Part shown: positions 11,109 to 21,967 of the stretch, one piece after another
How positions within the stretch are numbered: the stretch's first letter is position 1
How the letters are laid out: every line of letters begins with the position of its first letter
Sequence record: SRR31156797_1270
Direction: 5' to 3' (one strand)
Length of the DNA: 64,000 bases
Notes under the pieces: generated by a model
Databases searched by the model: none
What the model was told of the DNA's origin: nothing
The model's input: only the letters and a program-made list of their open reading frames with translations
Made by a program: the position numbers and the translations under genes

Positions 11109-12311
11109 ATGATGAAATCAAAGCTTTTAGGCAGTACTTTGATTATTGCGGGCACCACCATCGGTGCAGGAATGCTTGCTCTGCCACTCGCATCCGCAGG
11201 AATTGGTTTTTCAACTTCACTTGCTATTATGTTGAGCCTATGGGCTCTGATGTCATTTACTGCGTTATTGATGGTAGAAATCCACCAATATGCTGATAAA
11301 GATGCCACGTTACATACTTTAGCGAAGCAGATCCTTGGCCAGAAAGGAAAATGGGTAGCAACGTTTTCAATGCTATTTCTATTTTACGCTCTATGCGCTG
11401 CATATATTGCTGGCGGCGGCGCTCAATTTACTCACCGCATTGCTAACTTTACGGGCGCAGAAATCAACGGCCAATTAGGTACGCTGATTTTTACCATTAT
11501 CGTTGCAGCCGTTGTGACTATAGGTACTGGCACGGTTGATAAAGTTAACCGTTTACTGTTTGCAGGTAAAATCATTGCAATGGTGATGGTACTGACTTTC
11601 TTAGCACCCAACGTGACTCAATCTTACCTACTCAGTATGCCCGTTGGACAAGGGCTTATCGTGGCGTCGATTCCTGTCATTTTCACATCGTTCGGTTTTC
11701 ATGGCAGCATCCCTGCAATCGTAAATTATTTAGATGGACATACTCCATCATTACGTAAAGCGATAGTTATTGGCTCTGCTATACCACTTGTTATTTACAT
11801 CTTTTGGCAACTTGTCACCTTAGGTGTTGTCAGTCAATCTGAACTTATTGGTAACGCTGAGCTAAATGCGCTTATCTCTACGCTGTCTCAGACCGTACAT
11901 GAATCGAGCTTGGGTAACACAATCGGCATTTTTGCGGATCTCGCTTTGCTGACTTCTTTCTTGGGCGTGAGTTTAGGTCTGTTCGAATTTATGGGCGATA
12001 CTATTCGCAAAAAAGACGGCGGCATGAACAGAATTGCGGCTTCTGTAATTACTTTCACCCCACCGCTGATTTTTGCGCTGTATTACCCACAAGGCTTCAT
12101 CATGGCATTGGGCTACGCGGCGATTGCACTGGCTGTTTTGGCTATCTTCCTACCAGTAGTCATGGTGGTACGTGTTCGTCAACAAGCGACAGACAGTCAT
12201 TACCAAGTCGCGGGGGGTAACGTGGCATTGGTTATTACCGGAGCGGTAGGTATTTTGATTATTGGCGCACAGCTTATGATCACAGCAGGACTCCTTCCCT
12301 CTCTAGGCTAA
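11109..12311 (+). CDS. tyrP: Aromatic amino acid permease (tyrosine-specific, HAAAP family)
   Basis: IIAGTTIGAGMLALP and FTSFGFHGSIP motifs, about 11 TM segments, TyrR boxes upstream. Confidence 0.88.
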   Translation: MMKSKLLGSTLIIAGTTIGAGMLALPLASAGIGFSTSLAIMLSLWALMSFTALLMVEIHQYADKDATLHTLAKQILGQKGKWVATFSMLFLFYALCAAYIAGGGAQFTHRIANFTGAEINGQLGTLIFTIIVAAVVTIGTGTVDKVNRLLFAGKIIAMVMVLTFLAPNVTQSYLLSMPVGQGLIVASIPVIFTSFGFHGSIPAIVNYLDGHTPSLRKAIVIGSAIPLVIYIFWQLVTLGVVSQSELIGNAELNALISTLSQTVHESSLGNTIGIFADLALLTSFLGVSLGLFEFMGDTIRKKDGGMNRIAASVITFTPPLIFALYYPQGFIMALGYAAIALAVLAIFLPVVMVVRVRQQATDSHYQVAGGNVALVITGAVGILIIGAQLMITAGLLPSLG

Positions 12312-12502
12312 CCCATCACCTAAAACCAACTCTTCAGGGCAGATGTTCAAACATCTGTCCTTCTTACCTTCACCTCGCAAACGATCAACCGCTCATATTT
12401 AATAAATTATTTCATATTTTGCAAAAATAAATTCGATACGTAGCACATAAATAGTAGGATATTGCTTACTTTTTAGGTTGCTACTTTTAGGTTGGAGCAA
12501 AA

Positions 12503-13927
12503 ATGAAGGAAGTCCAGTTTCGAACAATCGACCGTTTATTTATTAAAATGTCGATTAACGACAAGATGTGGGTGATATTTGCGTTGTTTTTATGCGCGCT
12601 GGTTACGATTTCTTCCACACGCTATTTTGATGAGTTAACTCATATCGAGGCTCTGTCTCGCTCTTCTGTTGAGAGCAGACTGCAAGGTATTGTCTCGCAG
12701 CAGTCTATTTCATCGGTTGCGGGTCTTGAAACTCGTTCTTCGTTAGCGGAAACCCGCTATGTCGAAGGAAAAGTGACCGCAACAGCACAAGCAACTGACG
12801 GGAAAATCTATTCCTTAACGGCTGACTTATCGCAACAAGAAGCTAGCGCACGTGACGATGCACTTAACACTTTTTTACTCTCATTTTTGTGGGTCGTTCC
12901 ATTTGCTCTCTTCGTTTATTGGGTAGCGACTTTTATTGGGGGTGCCTTATGGGTGCTGTACACCACAACCGTTAAAATAGCTAACGGTGATCTTACATCA
13001 CGTTTAGGCTTCCATGCAGGACGAGATGAATTTGGAACCATCGGCTGTGCACTAGATGATGCGATGGATACACTTACGGACTTGGTTGTGTCTGTAAAAG
13101 ACAATTCAACCACATTGAGTGAAACTTCAGATTCGTTTGCTGAAGAGATGAAAGTCAGTGAAGAGCAAATTAATAAGCAGTACTCTTCTCTTGATTCCGT
13201 TGCAACGGCGATGGAAGAAATGACGGCGTCGGCTCAAGAGGTTTCTCAAATCGCGCTAAAGGCTACACAGCAAGCTGAAAATGACGCTCAGCAAGTGAGT
13301 ACCAGTCACCTGCGCGTAAAACAAACCATAGAAGAGATTGAACAGCTAACGGGTTTCATCTCGCAAACTTCGACTTCGGTCACCACACTAAATGACAACG
13401 TTATCAAAATTAATGACGTTATCACGACGATTAATGCCATCTCTGAACAAACTAACTTACTGGCTTTGAACGCCGCGATTGAGGCAGCTCGTGCCGGAGA
13501 ACAAGGCCGAGGATTTGCTGTCGTCGCTGATGAAGTCAGAACCTTAGCAAGCCGCACTCAATCTGCCACCGTTGAAATCCAATCAATGATTGGTCAGCTA
13601 CAGAGCGAGACACAAAGTATCGCAGAGATTGCAGATCAAACTGTGAGTCAAGCTCAGACAAGCAGCCGTCTGGTGTCAGAAATCGGTAACGATGTGAATC
13701 AAATAGCGGAATCTGCGCAGCTGATTAACGATATGAGTATCCAAATATCGACTTCTGCTGAAGAGCAGAGTTGTGTTGCTAACGATATTGCCTCTGAACT
13801 CAGTGACATTCGTAATCAATCAAACGAAATTCGTAGCGTAGCCGAGCAGTCCTCAATTGGGATCAGTAACATCGTCAAAGCCACTCGCAGCTTAGCGGAG
13901 ACACTCAGTCGCTACCGCACACAATAG
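12503..13927 (+). CDS. Methyl-accepting chemotaxis protein
   Basis: Two TM segments, HAMP (GRDEFG), signalling hairpin [31 protein letters not shown]. Confidence 0.95.
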   Translation: MKEVQFRTIDRLFIKMSINDKMWVIFALFLCALVTISSTRYFDELTHIEALSRSSVESRLQGIVSQQSISSVAGLETRSSLAETRYVEGKVTATAQATDGKIYSLTADLSQQEASARDDALNTFLLSFLWVVPFALFVYWVATFIGGALWVLYTTTVKIANGDLTSRLGFHAGRDEFGTIGCALDDAMDTLTDLVVSVKDNSTTLSETSDSFAEEMKVSEEQINKQYSSLDSVATAMEEMTASAQEVSQIALKATQQAENDAQQVSTSHLRVKQTIEEIEQLTGFISQTSTSVTTLNDNVIKINDVITTINAISEQTNLLALNAAIEAARAGEQGRGFAVVADEVRTLASRTQSATVEIQSMIGQLQSETQSIAEIADQTVSQAQTSSRLVSEIGNDVNQIAESAQLINDMSIQISTSAEEQSCVANDIASELSDIRNQSNEIRSVAEQSSIGISNIVKATRSLAETLSRYRTQ

Positions 13928-13967
13928 TGTAATGAATGACAACGGTACTCTAAACCGAAGCGATCAA

Positions 13968-13991
13968 AAAAGCGGCCATCTGGCCGCTTTT
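13968..13991. terminator. Bidirectional intrinsic terminator
   Basis: AAAAGCGGCCA-TC-TGGCCGCTTTT between convergent genes. Confidence 0.8.
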
Positions 13992-14009
13992 GTTTGTGTT
14001 GCGATGCGT

Positions 14010-15023
14010 TTATTCAGGATAACCCTGTGGGTTATTCGACTGCCAACGCCACGTATCTTGCGTCATTTCCTCAAGAGTTCGTGAAGCTTTCCAACCGAGC
14101 TCTGTTTCCGCTTTAGCTGGCTCGGCCCAACACTCTGCGATATCGCCAGGACGACGATCAACAATTTTATATGGCACAGGCTTATCGGATGCCAGTTCAA
14201 AAGCTTTCACCATCTCTAATACGCTGTAGCCCACGCCGGTGCCTAAGTTATAAACATGCAGGCCTGAACATTTGCCGACTTTTTGCAGAGCAGCAACGTG
14301 GCCGTCCGCTAAATCCATAACATGGATATAATCACGTACACCGGTACCATCTTTCGTTGGATAATCATCACCAAACACAGACAAGAACTCACGTCGCCCT
14401 ACCGCCACTTGAGATACGAACGGCATTAGATTGTTTGGGATACCTTGAGGGTCTTCACCCAATGCGCCTGATGGATGTGAACCCACAGGATTAAAGTAAC
14501 GTAACAGTGTGATGCTCCAGTCCGGGTTAGCTTTTTGAAAATCCGTTAAACACTCTTCTACCATCAACTTACTACGGCCATACGGATTAGTCGCACTGGT
14601 TGGAAAATCTTCTGTGATTGGCACTGAAGCTGGATCACCATAAACCGTTGCTGAAGAACTAAACACTATTGACTTAACCCCAGCTTCTCGCATCGCATCA
14701 ACCAGTACCAGAGTGCCATTCACGTTATTATCGTAATATTCCAGTGGTTTTTGTACTGATTCGCCCACGGCTTTCAGGCCCGCAAAGTGAATAACAGACT
14801 CGATATCATGCTTTTTAAGCAGTTCAACCATGAGCGCTTTGTCACGGATGTCGCCTTCAACAAATACAGGTTTTACACCACTCACTTGTTCTACGCGTTC
14901 TAGTACAGAAGCCTTACTGTTGTATAAGTTATCCAGTATTACTGGGGTCATACCCGCTTGAATCATTTGAATACATGTATGGCTGCCGATATACCCCATA
15001 CCGCCAGTTACTAATACTTTCAT
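14010..15023 (-). CDS. galE: UDP-glucose 4-epimerase
   Basis: GGMGYIGSHT, HFAGLKAVGES, YGRSK, RYFNPVG, GVRDYIHV; GGAG RBS before ATG 15023. Confidence 0.96.
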   Translation of the reverse strand: MKVLVTGGMGYIGSHTCIQMIQAGMTPVILDNLYNSKASVLERVEQVSGVKPVFVEGDIRDKALMVELLKKHDIESVIHFAGLKAVGESVQKPLEYYDNNVNGTLVLVDAMREAGVKSIVFSSSATVYGDPASVPITEDFPTSATNPYGRSKLMVEECLTDFQKANPDWSITLLRYFNPVGSHPSGALGEDPQGIPNNLMPFVSQVAVGRREFLSVFGDDYPTKDGTGVRDYIHVMDLADGHVAALQKVGKCSGLHVYNLGTGVGYSVLEMVKAFELASDKPVPYKIVDRRPGDIAECWAEPAKAETELGWKASRTLEEMTQDTWRWQSNNPQGYPE

Positions 15024-15051
15024 TGTTCTCTCCAAAACCACAAATTACCTA

Positions 15052-17034
15052 TTAATCATTTTCTTCGGCAATGCTATCAATAATGACATATTGACCCTTG
15101 CCCAAACTTTTTGCTTTATACATAGCACTATCGGCAGCCTTCATCATGCTATCTATATCTTCTCTACAATACTCAACGAAATAGACACCGATACTCACAC
15201 CAACATTTAATCGATATTCTTTGTATATAATATCCTGCTCAATTAAGTTAATTAACCTTTCTGACAGAATTCTCACACTTGAATGTTCGCTTGGTGCAAT
15301 TAATACGACAAATTCATCACCCGATAAACGCGCCACTAAATCTTGGTTTCTCACTTGAGCTAATAAACGCTCAGATACCTGCTTTAAAACTTCATCGCCG
15401 GCGTCATGTCCGTAGGTGTCATTGACGCTCTTAAACCCATCTAAATCTAGGTAAAGCAAAGAAAAAGGACTACCGCTTTTACGATTTTCTGTAATGACTT
15501 CTTTTAATACACGGTAGAACTTAGAGCGATTAGCTAACCCGGTTAATGCATCATGGTGCGCCATGTGTTCAAGCTTTTCCATCTCTTTAACGTCAGAAAG
15601 GTCAGAAAACATAACAACCATATCGTACTGAGTCGAAAAATCAGGGATCGGAACGGTGTTTACTTTAGCAAATAACGGCACTAAGTGTCCTTCACGGTGC
15701 TGCTCCCAAATCTCTCCCTGCCATTGACCAAACTCATATAACGCCTGCTTAATCGCGGGTAACAAAGAGGTAAATTGAGGCCAAACCGGGACTTCATCAA
15801 TTTGCTGATCGATCAAACTGTCACTGGTATACCCTAATAGCTGCGTCACAGCAGGGTTAATCATGGTAATGGTGCCATGGTTGTTCAGCAGAACTAATCC
15901 ATCTTTACTATTTTCAAACACACCCGCGGCTAGACGTTGGCGACTCAGTGCCATTTCCACTTCGGTGACATCTTCAACGGCGAACAGTATTTGATCAGGA
16001 CGCGATAATGGGCGAGTACTGATTTTTAGTAACTGATCCGGCCCGTTTTTGATTGCTCCTTTAACCACAAAAAGCTCATCATCCAATTCCAACTCCATAC
16101 TCAATGCTTGAGCAATCAATGATGAGCCAACAGTGTTAAAGATGCGCTGTATGTTAGCGCGGTATAGTTCGTCCATATTTAGACGCAGTACTCGGCTCGC
16201 TGCGTGATTGGACAAAACGATGCATCCCTGTTGGTCAACAACTAATAAAGCATGCTGAACCGTATCCAATACGTCGTTAACAAAGGTTTTCTCTGATTCC
16301 AGCCTGTCGAGTGTTAAGCCTAAATGTGATTCATGACTTTCTATTTGCTCAAGCATGGTGTTAAAAGCCGATACCAGTTGGCCGATTTCGTCTTGAGATT
16401 TATGCAGTAACTCTGGTTTACGTTGGCGATTTTCAATGAAATATTTCATTGCGTCATTGAGTAGATAAACGGGATTAACAATTAACTGTTGAACAAGCAG
16501 ATATAAAGCAAAGCCGCACAACGCAAGTATCGTTATAAAATAAGCCGAGTTTCTCACAGCCGCTTGATATATTGTCTCGAAAGAGCGTGTGGAAATCGTG
16601 ACTCGAAGCGACGCGATTTGCTCGCCCTCAAGCTCAATAGGTACATACATATACATGTAGTTTTCTGTCATCACATACCCGTTATCAACAAGCTGAATAT
16701 GCTCTGTGTTATTTGGTATGGTGACATCAAAGTCGGGCTTACTGTAAAAGGCAAACAACTTCGTATGCTTGTCGTAAAGTTTAACCCGAACGACATCTTC
16801 ATCAGCTTCAAAAGCCGACAATATTTCTTGCGCTGTCAGTTGGTCATCAAACAAAATCGCCGCATGCAAGTTATATGAAACCCCCTTCGAAAGCACTTGT
16901 ACTCGCTCGACTAATCTTTTTTCATTCTGACTGACGTCTTTATGATAACTAAACCAATGCGCAATAAAGAAGATAACTGCCATTAGAAAAAATATCGGTA
17001 AGATCAGCTTTACACGTAAAGAAAGTGCGTTCAT
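15052..17034 (-). CDS. Membrane diguanylate cyclase, YfiN-like (periplasmic sensor-HAMP-PAS-PAS-GGDEF)
   Basis: Two TMs around a periplasmic domain (AAILFDD..AQEIL), HAMP (DEIGQL..AFNTM), two PAS-like segments, HDALTGLANR, DLDGFK, RxxD I-site (RNQD), active-site variant SGDEF. Confidence 0.9.
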   Translation of the reverse strand: MNALSLRVKLILPIFFLMAVIFFIAHWFSYHKDVSQNEKRLVERVQVLSKGVSYNLHAAILFDDQLTAQEILSAFEADEDVVRVKLYDKHTKLFAFYSKPDFDVTIPNNTEHIQLVDNGYVMTENYMYMYVPIELEGEQIASLRVTISTRSFETIYQAAVRNSAYFITILALCGFALYLLVQQLIVNPVYLLNDAMKYFIENRQRKPELLHKSQDEIGQLVSAFNTMLEQIESHESHLGLTLDRLESEKTFVNDVLDTVQHALLVVDQQGCIVLSNHAASRVLRLNMDELYRANIQRIFNTVGSSLIAQALSMELELDDELFVVKGAIKNGPDQLLKISTRPLSRPDQILFAVEDVTEVEMALSRQRLAAGVFENSKDGLVLLNNHGTITMINPAVTQLLGYTSDSLIDQQIDEVPVWPQFTSLLPAIKQALYEFGQWQGEIWEQHREGHLVPLFAKVNTVPIPDFSTQYDMVVMFSDLSDVKEMEKLEHMAHHDALTGLANRSKFYRVLKEVITENRKSGSPFSLLYLDLDGFKSVNDTYGHDAGDEVLKQVSERLLAQVRNQDLVARLSGDEFVVLIAPSEHSSVRILSERLINLIEQDIIYKEYRLNVGVSIGVYFVEYCREDIDSMMKAADSAMYKAKSLGKGQYVIIDSIAEEND

Positions 17035-17528
17035 TCAGTGCCCTCCTTCTCTACGACAGCGATGCGTAACAAGCTTGCCGATATTGAGTAACTACCGACA
17101 TTGCGCAAATATATTTTCGGCTTTACCTTGCCTTTTATATTGGCTAATTCGATGGCTCCGCCTTGTGAACCAATATCTTCTCCATCACCAATAATGAGTG
17201 TGTGCGTTGTCAGTGATGACACATCGACGGATTCGCTTGAATCCACATATACAATGTCACATTTCAGTTCGAGTGAATCGGTGATTGCAACAGGTAAACG
17301 TCGGACGGTTTTATGTTGAGATAACGAGGTCAAGTTAGCCGCAATTTCTTCATTACCTAACACACAAAACTGGATATCCGACATCTCATTTTCGTTGTCC
17401 CAATGGATAAAATTGATGATCCGAAATAGGTACACCGCTTTTACATCCGCTGAACTAAAAGCAGCGTAGGCCATGTTGGACATGAGCCATATAATCAATA
17501 TAAAAACGAGATGAAACCTAGAATTCAT
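17031..17528 (-). CDS. YfiR-family periplasmic protein
   Basis: Signal peptide, VKAVYLFRIINFIHW, FCVLG, CDIVYV and ISASLLRIA motifs typical of YfiR/DUF4154. Confidence 0.85.
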   Translation of the reverse strand: MNSRFHLVFILIIWLMSNMAYAAFSSADVKAVYLFRIINFIHWDNENEMSDIQFCVLGNEEIAANLTSLSQHKTVRRLPVAITDSLELKCDIVYVDSSESVDVSSLTTHTLIIGDGEDIGSQGGAIELANIKGKVKPKIYLRNVGSYSISASLLRIAVVEKEGTE

Positions 17529-19533
17529 ACGATGCTCTTATTGCGCCACTTTGCTCATTGGCTCTACTAGTCCAGTCAGTTCGATAGCCCTGTTTCTCGC
17601 CAATATTGTGCAAAAGAAACTCGATTTTGGGTGCGTTTACGTGCGATTGCCAAGCCAGGCGCGCGTCAAATGCCAGGTATCCAGGTACACGAGTGTACCC
17701 ATCACCATACTGAATCGTGTGCGCACGAGCGACGAAATCTAACTGCCACTGTGGCGTGAGATTCCACAAGCTCTGTAGTGTCGCTGTATGCTGGCCATCA
17801 ATCGCATACCACTTCTTAAAATCTCCCGTGGATTCAATTCCACCAGTCCACTCTCCTTCCGCATGCAAATAGCTGTAGCTGGCATAAAAACGCAAGTCAC
17901 AACTCACCGCATAACCTGCGCTAAGCTCAACGCCTTGAGTGTTTAACTCATAATCATCAGTCACTGATACGCCATAAACATGCTCAGGTACACCAAATAT
18001 AAATACAGTATCTTTACCTCGAACATACTGGTGATTACTAATGAACAGCGTTGAGTCAAATTCAAACCCATTATCTCCATGATAACGGTAACCCGCCTCA
18101 TAGGTTGTAACACTCTCAGGCCTAAAGCTATCGTCAGGCAAATGCACTTCCGTCAAGTGTCTATCAAATTTCGAATAGTACAAGTTCACAGCAAGGTAGG
18201 TGTTGGTATCAGCATATGATGGTGCAACTGAAGCTTCTCCATATCCTAGCCAAACAGTCTGTTCATTATCTATCGCATACAAGCCTCTCACCTGTGGCGA
18301 CAATTTCGACTGATTGGTGTGTTCGAAATATTCGCCTTTTAAGCCAAAGACTGACTTAAAACCATTTTGCCAATTCTTGTCAGACTGAATGTAAAGGTTA
18401 ACCGTACTGTCTACGTCTCTTTGATCTTCTGCGTAACGCTGGTAATGAGGGATATTATTAAAATCCAGATCATCTATTGAATGGAAAAACCTTGCCTCAA
18501 CCAATCGATAGCCACCACCATAGGTAATTAAATGGTGCGCATCTAAATGGTAACTCTGAGTGATGTCTAAATCGAATGTATTGGTAAGTCCATCATCGTC
18601 AGGCATATCACTCAAATTACGAGCGACCCACATTTGATAGCTTCCTGAATGGTTTTCGCTCAATTGAGTTTGATAGTTGAGCTGGCTGTAAAATGAATAA
18701 CTTTCGACCCTTTGTTTAATCTCATCTACATCGTCTAAGTAGCCATCTCGATAATGCAGTTGCCACCAATCATGGGTGTAAGTGAGCTGTTCTCCACCTA
18801 ACCTGAAAGACCATTTATTGTTGTCATCGTTTGACTCGGTAACAATCCCTGCTGTTTGTAATGTCCAATCTGGGTAGGATTTATCACGGTCATGTCTAAG
18901 CTGGCGACGTTTATAAAATGCTCTTGCATCGACGGTATCGTTAAATTCCATTCCATGACGAAGACTGGCATCGTAGTCGCCACCTTGAGCCCATGTCCCA
19001 GCGATATGAGTACCCTTGGTATCTTTAGCAGACTTAGTAATAATATTGATAACACCATTGACCGCGTTACCGCCCCAAAGCGCAGCACCTGGGCCACGTA
19101 ACACTTCAATACGTTCAATATCTTCTAATACATAATCGATATCTGCCCAGTAAACCCCGCCGAACAGTGGGCTGTACAATGTTCGTCCATCAAGTAGCAC
19201 AAGCAGTTTGTTAAACAGTCCATCATGAAATCCGCGTGCCGAGACTATCCATTCAGCATCACTAAATTTAGAGACATGCAACCCCGGAACCAGTGACAAC
19301 GCCTCAGGAATAGAACGCGCGCCGCTACGAACAATTCGTTCATTACTTAGAACGTAAACTGAGGATGGAATATCAGCCAGGCGCTGGGAGGATTTGGTGG
19401 CTGTTTCCATTTCAACATTGAGCATTGACAATTCTTCTAATGAGAGACTCATTAGATGTTCTAGTACCTGATCGTCAGCTTTTGACATTGCTGAAATAAA
19501 AACTAACGTATATAAACACGTTACTTTGCGCAT
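17518..19533 (-). CDS. TonB-dependent outer membrane receptor
   Basis: Signal peptide, plug motifs (IPEALSLVPGL, IERIEVLRGPGAALWGGNAVNGVINIITK), beta-barrel ending in C-terminal Phe (ASYEF). Confidence 0.92.
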   Translation of the reverse strand: MRKVTCLYTLVFISAMSKADDQVLEHLMSLSLEELSMLNVEMETATKSSQRLADIPSSVYVLSNERIVRSGARSIPEALSLVPGLHVSKFSDAEWIVSARGFHDGLFNKLLVLLDGRTLYSPLFGGVYWADIDYVLEDIERIEVLRGPGAALWGGNAVNGVINIITKSAKDTKGTHIAGTWAQGGDYDASLRHGMEFNDTVDARAFYKRRQLRHDRDKSYPDWTLQTAGIVTESNDDNNKWSFRLGGEQLTYTHDWWQLHYRDGYLDDVDEIKQRVESYSFYSQLNYQTQLSENHSGSYQMWVARNLSDMPDDDGLTNTFDLDITQSYHLDAHHLITYGGGYRLVEARFFHSIDDLDFNNIPHYQRYAEDQRDVDSTVNLYIQSDKNWQNGFKSVFGLKGEYFEHTNQSKLSPQVRGLYAIDNEQTVWLGYGEASVAPSYADTNTYLAVNLYYSKFDRHLTEVHLPDDSFRPESVTTYEAGYRYHGDNGFEFDSTLFISNHQYVRGKDTVFIFGVPEHVYGVSVTDDYELNTQGVELSAGYAVSCDLRFYASYSYLHAEGEWTGGIESTGDFKKWYAIDGQHTATLQSLWNLTPQWQLDFVARAHTIQYGDGYTRVPGYLAFDARLAWQSHVNAPKIEFLLHNIGEKQGYRTDWTSRANEQSGAIRASYEF

Positions 19534-19699
19534 CTATGATTATCTTCCAATTGTGTTAGCTTTATAAATAAAAAATTAAGAGCTACAACAAAGATACAAC
19601 CTAAAAATTCCTGTGCTGCAGACGATGAAAAATGAGCTTTATCGCTGTTTTATTTAAAATAAATCTGTATTTTGTTCAGAGCTTAAATACAAAGGACGA

Positions 19700-20452
19700 A
19701 TGATTCACGTGAAAAAACGTACAATCACATTGAACTGCGACATGGGCGAAAGTTTTGGAATTTGGCAAATGGGTCATGACGAAATAGTTATGCCCTGGAT
19801 CGACATGGCAAACATTGCTTGTGGTTTCCACGCTTCAGATCCCCATGTTATGAGTCGAACTATTGATTACGCCATTCAGCACGACGTACAGATTGGTGCT
19901 CATCCTGGATACCCCGATCTTCAAGGATTTGGTCGTCGTTCGATGTCATTCTCTGAAGAAGAGATATGTGAATTGATCATCTATCAAGTGGGTGCTTTAA
20001 AAGCTTTGTGTGAAAGTAAGAACACGGAAATAAGTTATGTAAAACCCCACGGTGCTCTTTACCACGACATGATGAGTAAACCGGATGTATTCCGTGCTGT
20101 CGTCGATGCGGTTTCTTGTTTCAATGTCCCTTTGATGATTTTAGCGTCAGGAAACAATCAAAGCTATTTGGATATGGCTGATCGTTATGATGTGCCGCTG
20201 CTGTTTGAAGCATTTGCCGATCGAACTTACCTTGCCAATGGCAAACTCACCCCTCGTGATAGACCAAACGCAGTGTTGAAAACTGAGGAATCGATTTTAA
20301 GTCAAGTCAAGCAAATTGCTCAGTATGGAAAAGTCACCGGCTCCGATGGTGTTGTGGTCGCCATAGAAGCCGATACACTCTGTGTCCATGGTGACAATGA
20401 AGAAGCAATAAGGCTTATCTCCAAAATCAGAGCTCAGCTAGAAGCGGAATAA
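19700..20452 (+). CDS. pxpA: 5-oxoprolinase subunit A (LamB/YcsF family)
   Basis: LNCDMGESFG, NIACGFHA, GAHPGYPD..GFGRR, YVKPHGALY, CVHGD. Confidence 0.9.
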   Translation: MIHVKKRTITLNCDMGESFGIWQMGHDEIVMPWIDMANIACGFHASDPHVMSRTIDYAIQHDVQIGAHPGYPDLQGFGRRSMSFSEEEICELIIYQVGALKALCESKNTEISYVKPHGALYHDMMSKPDVFRAVVDAVSCFNVPLMILASGNNQSYLDMADRYDVPLLFEAFADRTYLANGKLTPRDRPNAVLKTEESILSQVKQIAQYGKVTGSDGVVVAIEADTLCVHGDNEEAIRLISKIRAQLEAE

Positions 20453-20503
20453 ACTCGCTTCTAAACTGAACATTTTGTGAGAGATTAGGGTCATCGACCC
20501 TAT

Positions 20504-21967
20504 TTATTTCATCCCAACAAACTTGGCTAATGCTTGAGGATAACCTCGCTCATCAGCAAGTTGCTTAGCTTTAAACTCAACGTCTTCAGCGGTCAATTTC
20601 ATGCTTACTGGGTGACAGGCTTCAATCGATAACTCGTCATTCACCTCTGCCAAATGCCAAGTTGATACAATTTTACGAATCGCTTCCAGAGCGGATGACG
20701 CTTTCACCACTTCCATTCTAGCGTAATGATTGTTTTCAAACGTCACATCAGCGGCACGTAACGTCGCATCATCGCCTGGAATTTGCTGAGCACCATACAG
20801 TGGTTTTCCACCGACACAGGCGCCTTTAAACTCTGGCATATACTGCGCAACATGGTCAATAGCGCGAGTCGTCCTTTCATTTAAAGCGTCAGACTGCCAA
20901 CCATGATGGAGTTTGTTTTGCAAATAATCGGGTAGCAACGGTTGAGAAGAATGTTGCGCTGAGTTCACTAACCCATCTTTGAACAAAGTAATATCTTCGG
21001 TCATGCCGTGTAGCTGAAAAACACCATCAGCATAAGGCGTTAGCTGTGCCATTCCTCGAGGCGTACCACGTTGACCGTGGAAAATAACTTCCGGCCATTC
21101 GTGTTGACAATCTGGCCAATGAGTGACGTAAGCAGCTTTAAATTCAACCAACCTTTTACGATGAAAATTCGCCATGTCGTCAACTAGGCCAGTCTCATAA
21201 CCACAGGCATTGATCAGATAATCAGCACTTTCAAGATGCTCGACACCATTAATATCAACATAGGTCAGTTGCCATTGTTGGTTTTCGTACACCGCATTCG
21301 TTAACGTTGCGTGGGTTAATGCACGACAATTACCCATTGCGCTTAATGCTAATTGAGCACTGGCCGCGAGACGGAACACACTCCAGCCATATTCTTGGAC
21401 AACGACAACCGGATACTGAATAGCGTCTAGGTCCGTATACTTGGCGAAAGGAATCATCCAATCGTCATTAGATATCGGCTCTTTTGGCTGAGCCTTATCC
21501 GCTAATCGTTCAAGCTCTTCCCGCTGGTACAGTGAAAAGTATTGATTGGCTTCACCTAAAATCTGATTTTTCGGATCGCTATCAACCAACTGTTGATAGC
21601 ACATTTGAATCTTATTTAGACGAGGAACAATATCCTGAGGCGAACCGCTGTCAGTAATGGGTACTGCAATTACTGTTGGGCGCTTATTCAATGTATGCGG
21701 ATACAAACGGATGGTTTCTATCGACTGACGCAGCAGCTCTGTACACTGCTGCTCAGAAATTTCTCGATATAAGTTACCACCAGCGTGTAAATGGCAAATA
21801 GGCGGGCCATTCACTAAGCTCGGGCCCTTCTCTAGCAATAATACGTTGACTCCCATTTCACCTAAGTGGACAGCAGCAGTAGCACCTGCAACCCCTCCAC
21901 CGATAATAGCAACTCGTGGGAACTGATTCGTTGACGTATCTTGTGACATTCCGCTACCAATAGTCAT
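20504..21967 (-). CDS. FAD-dependent oxidoreductase, function unknown
   Basis: Rossmann motif IIGGGVAG...LLEK; INACG. Confidence 0.8.
   Translation of the reverse strand: MTIGSGMSQDTSTNQFPRVAIIGGGVAGATAAVHLGEMGVNVLLLEKGPSLVNGPPICHLHAGGNLYREISEQQCTELLRQSIETIRLYPHTLNKRPTVIAVPITDSGSPQDIVPRLNKIQMCYQQLVDSDPKNQILGEANQYFSLYQREELERLADKAQPKEPISNDDWMIPFAKYTDLDAIQYPVVVVQEYGWSVFRLAASAQLALSAMGNCRALTHATLTNAVYENQQWQLTYVDINGVEHLESADYLINACGYETGLVDDMANFHRKRLVEFKAAYVTHWPDCQHEWPEVIFHGQRGTPRGMAQLTPYADGVFQLHGMTEDITLFKDGLVNSAQHSSQPLLPDYLQNKLHHGWQSDALNERTTRAIDHVAQYMPEFKGACVGGKPLYGAQQIPGDDATLRAADVTFENNHYARMEVVKASSALEAIRKIVSTWHLAEVNDELSIEACHPVSMKLTAEDVEFKAKQLADERGYPQALAKFVGMK

Noticed and set aside
19530-19560. Fur box upstream of the TonB-dependent receptor
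   Set aside because: Best alignment is only about 10/19 to GATAATGATAATCATTATC
19665-19679. Possible LexA box CTGTATTTTGTTCAG
   Set aside because: CTG-N9-CAG, one base short of the required CTG-N10-CAG spacing
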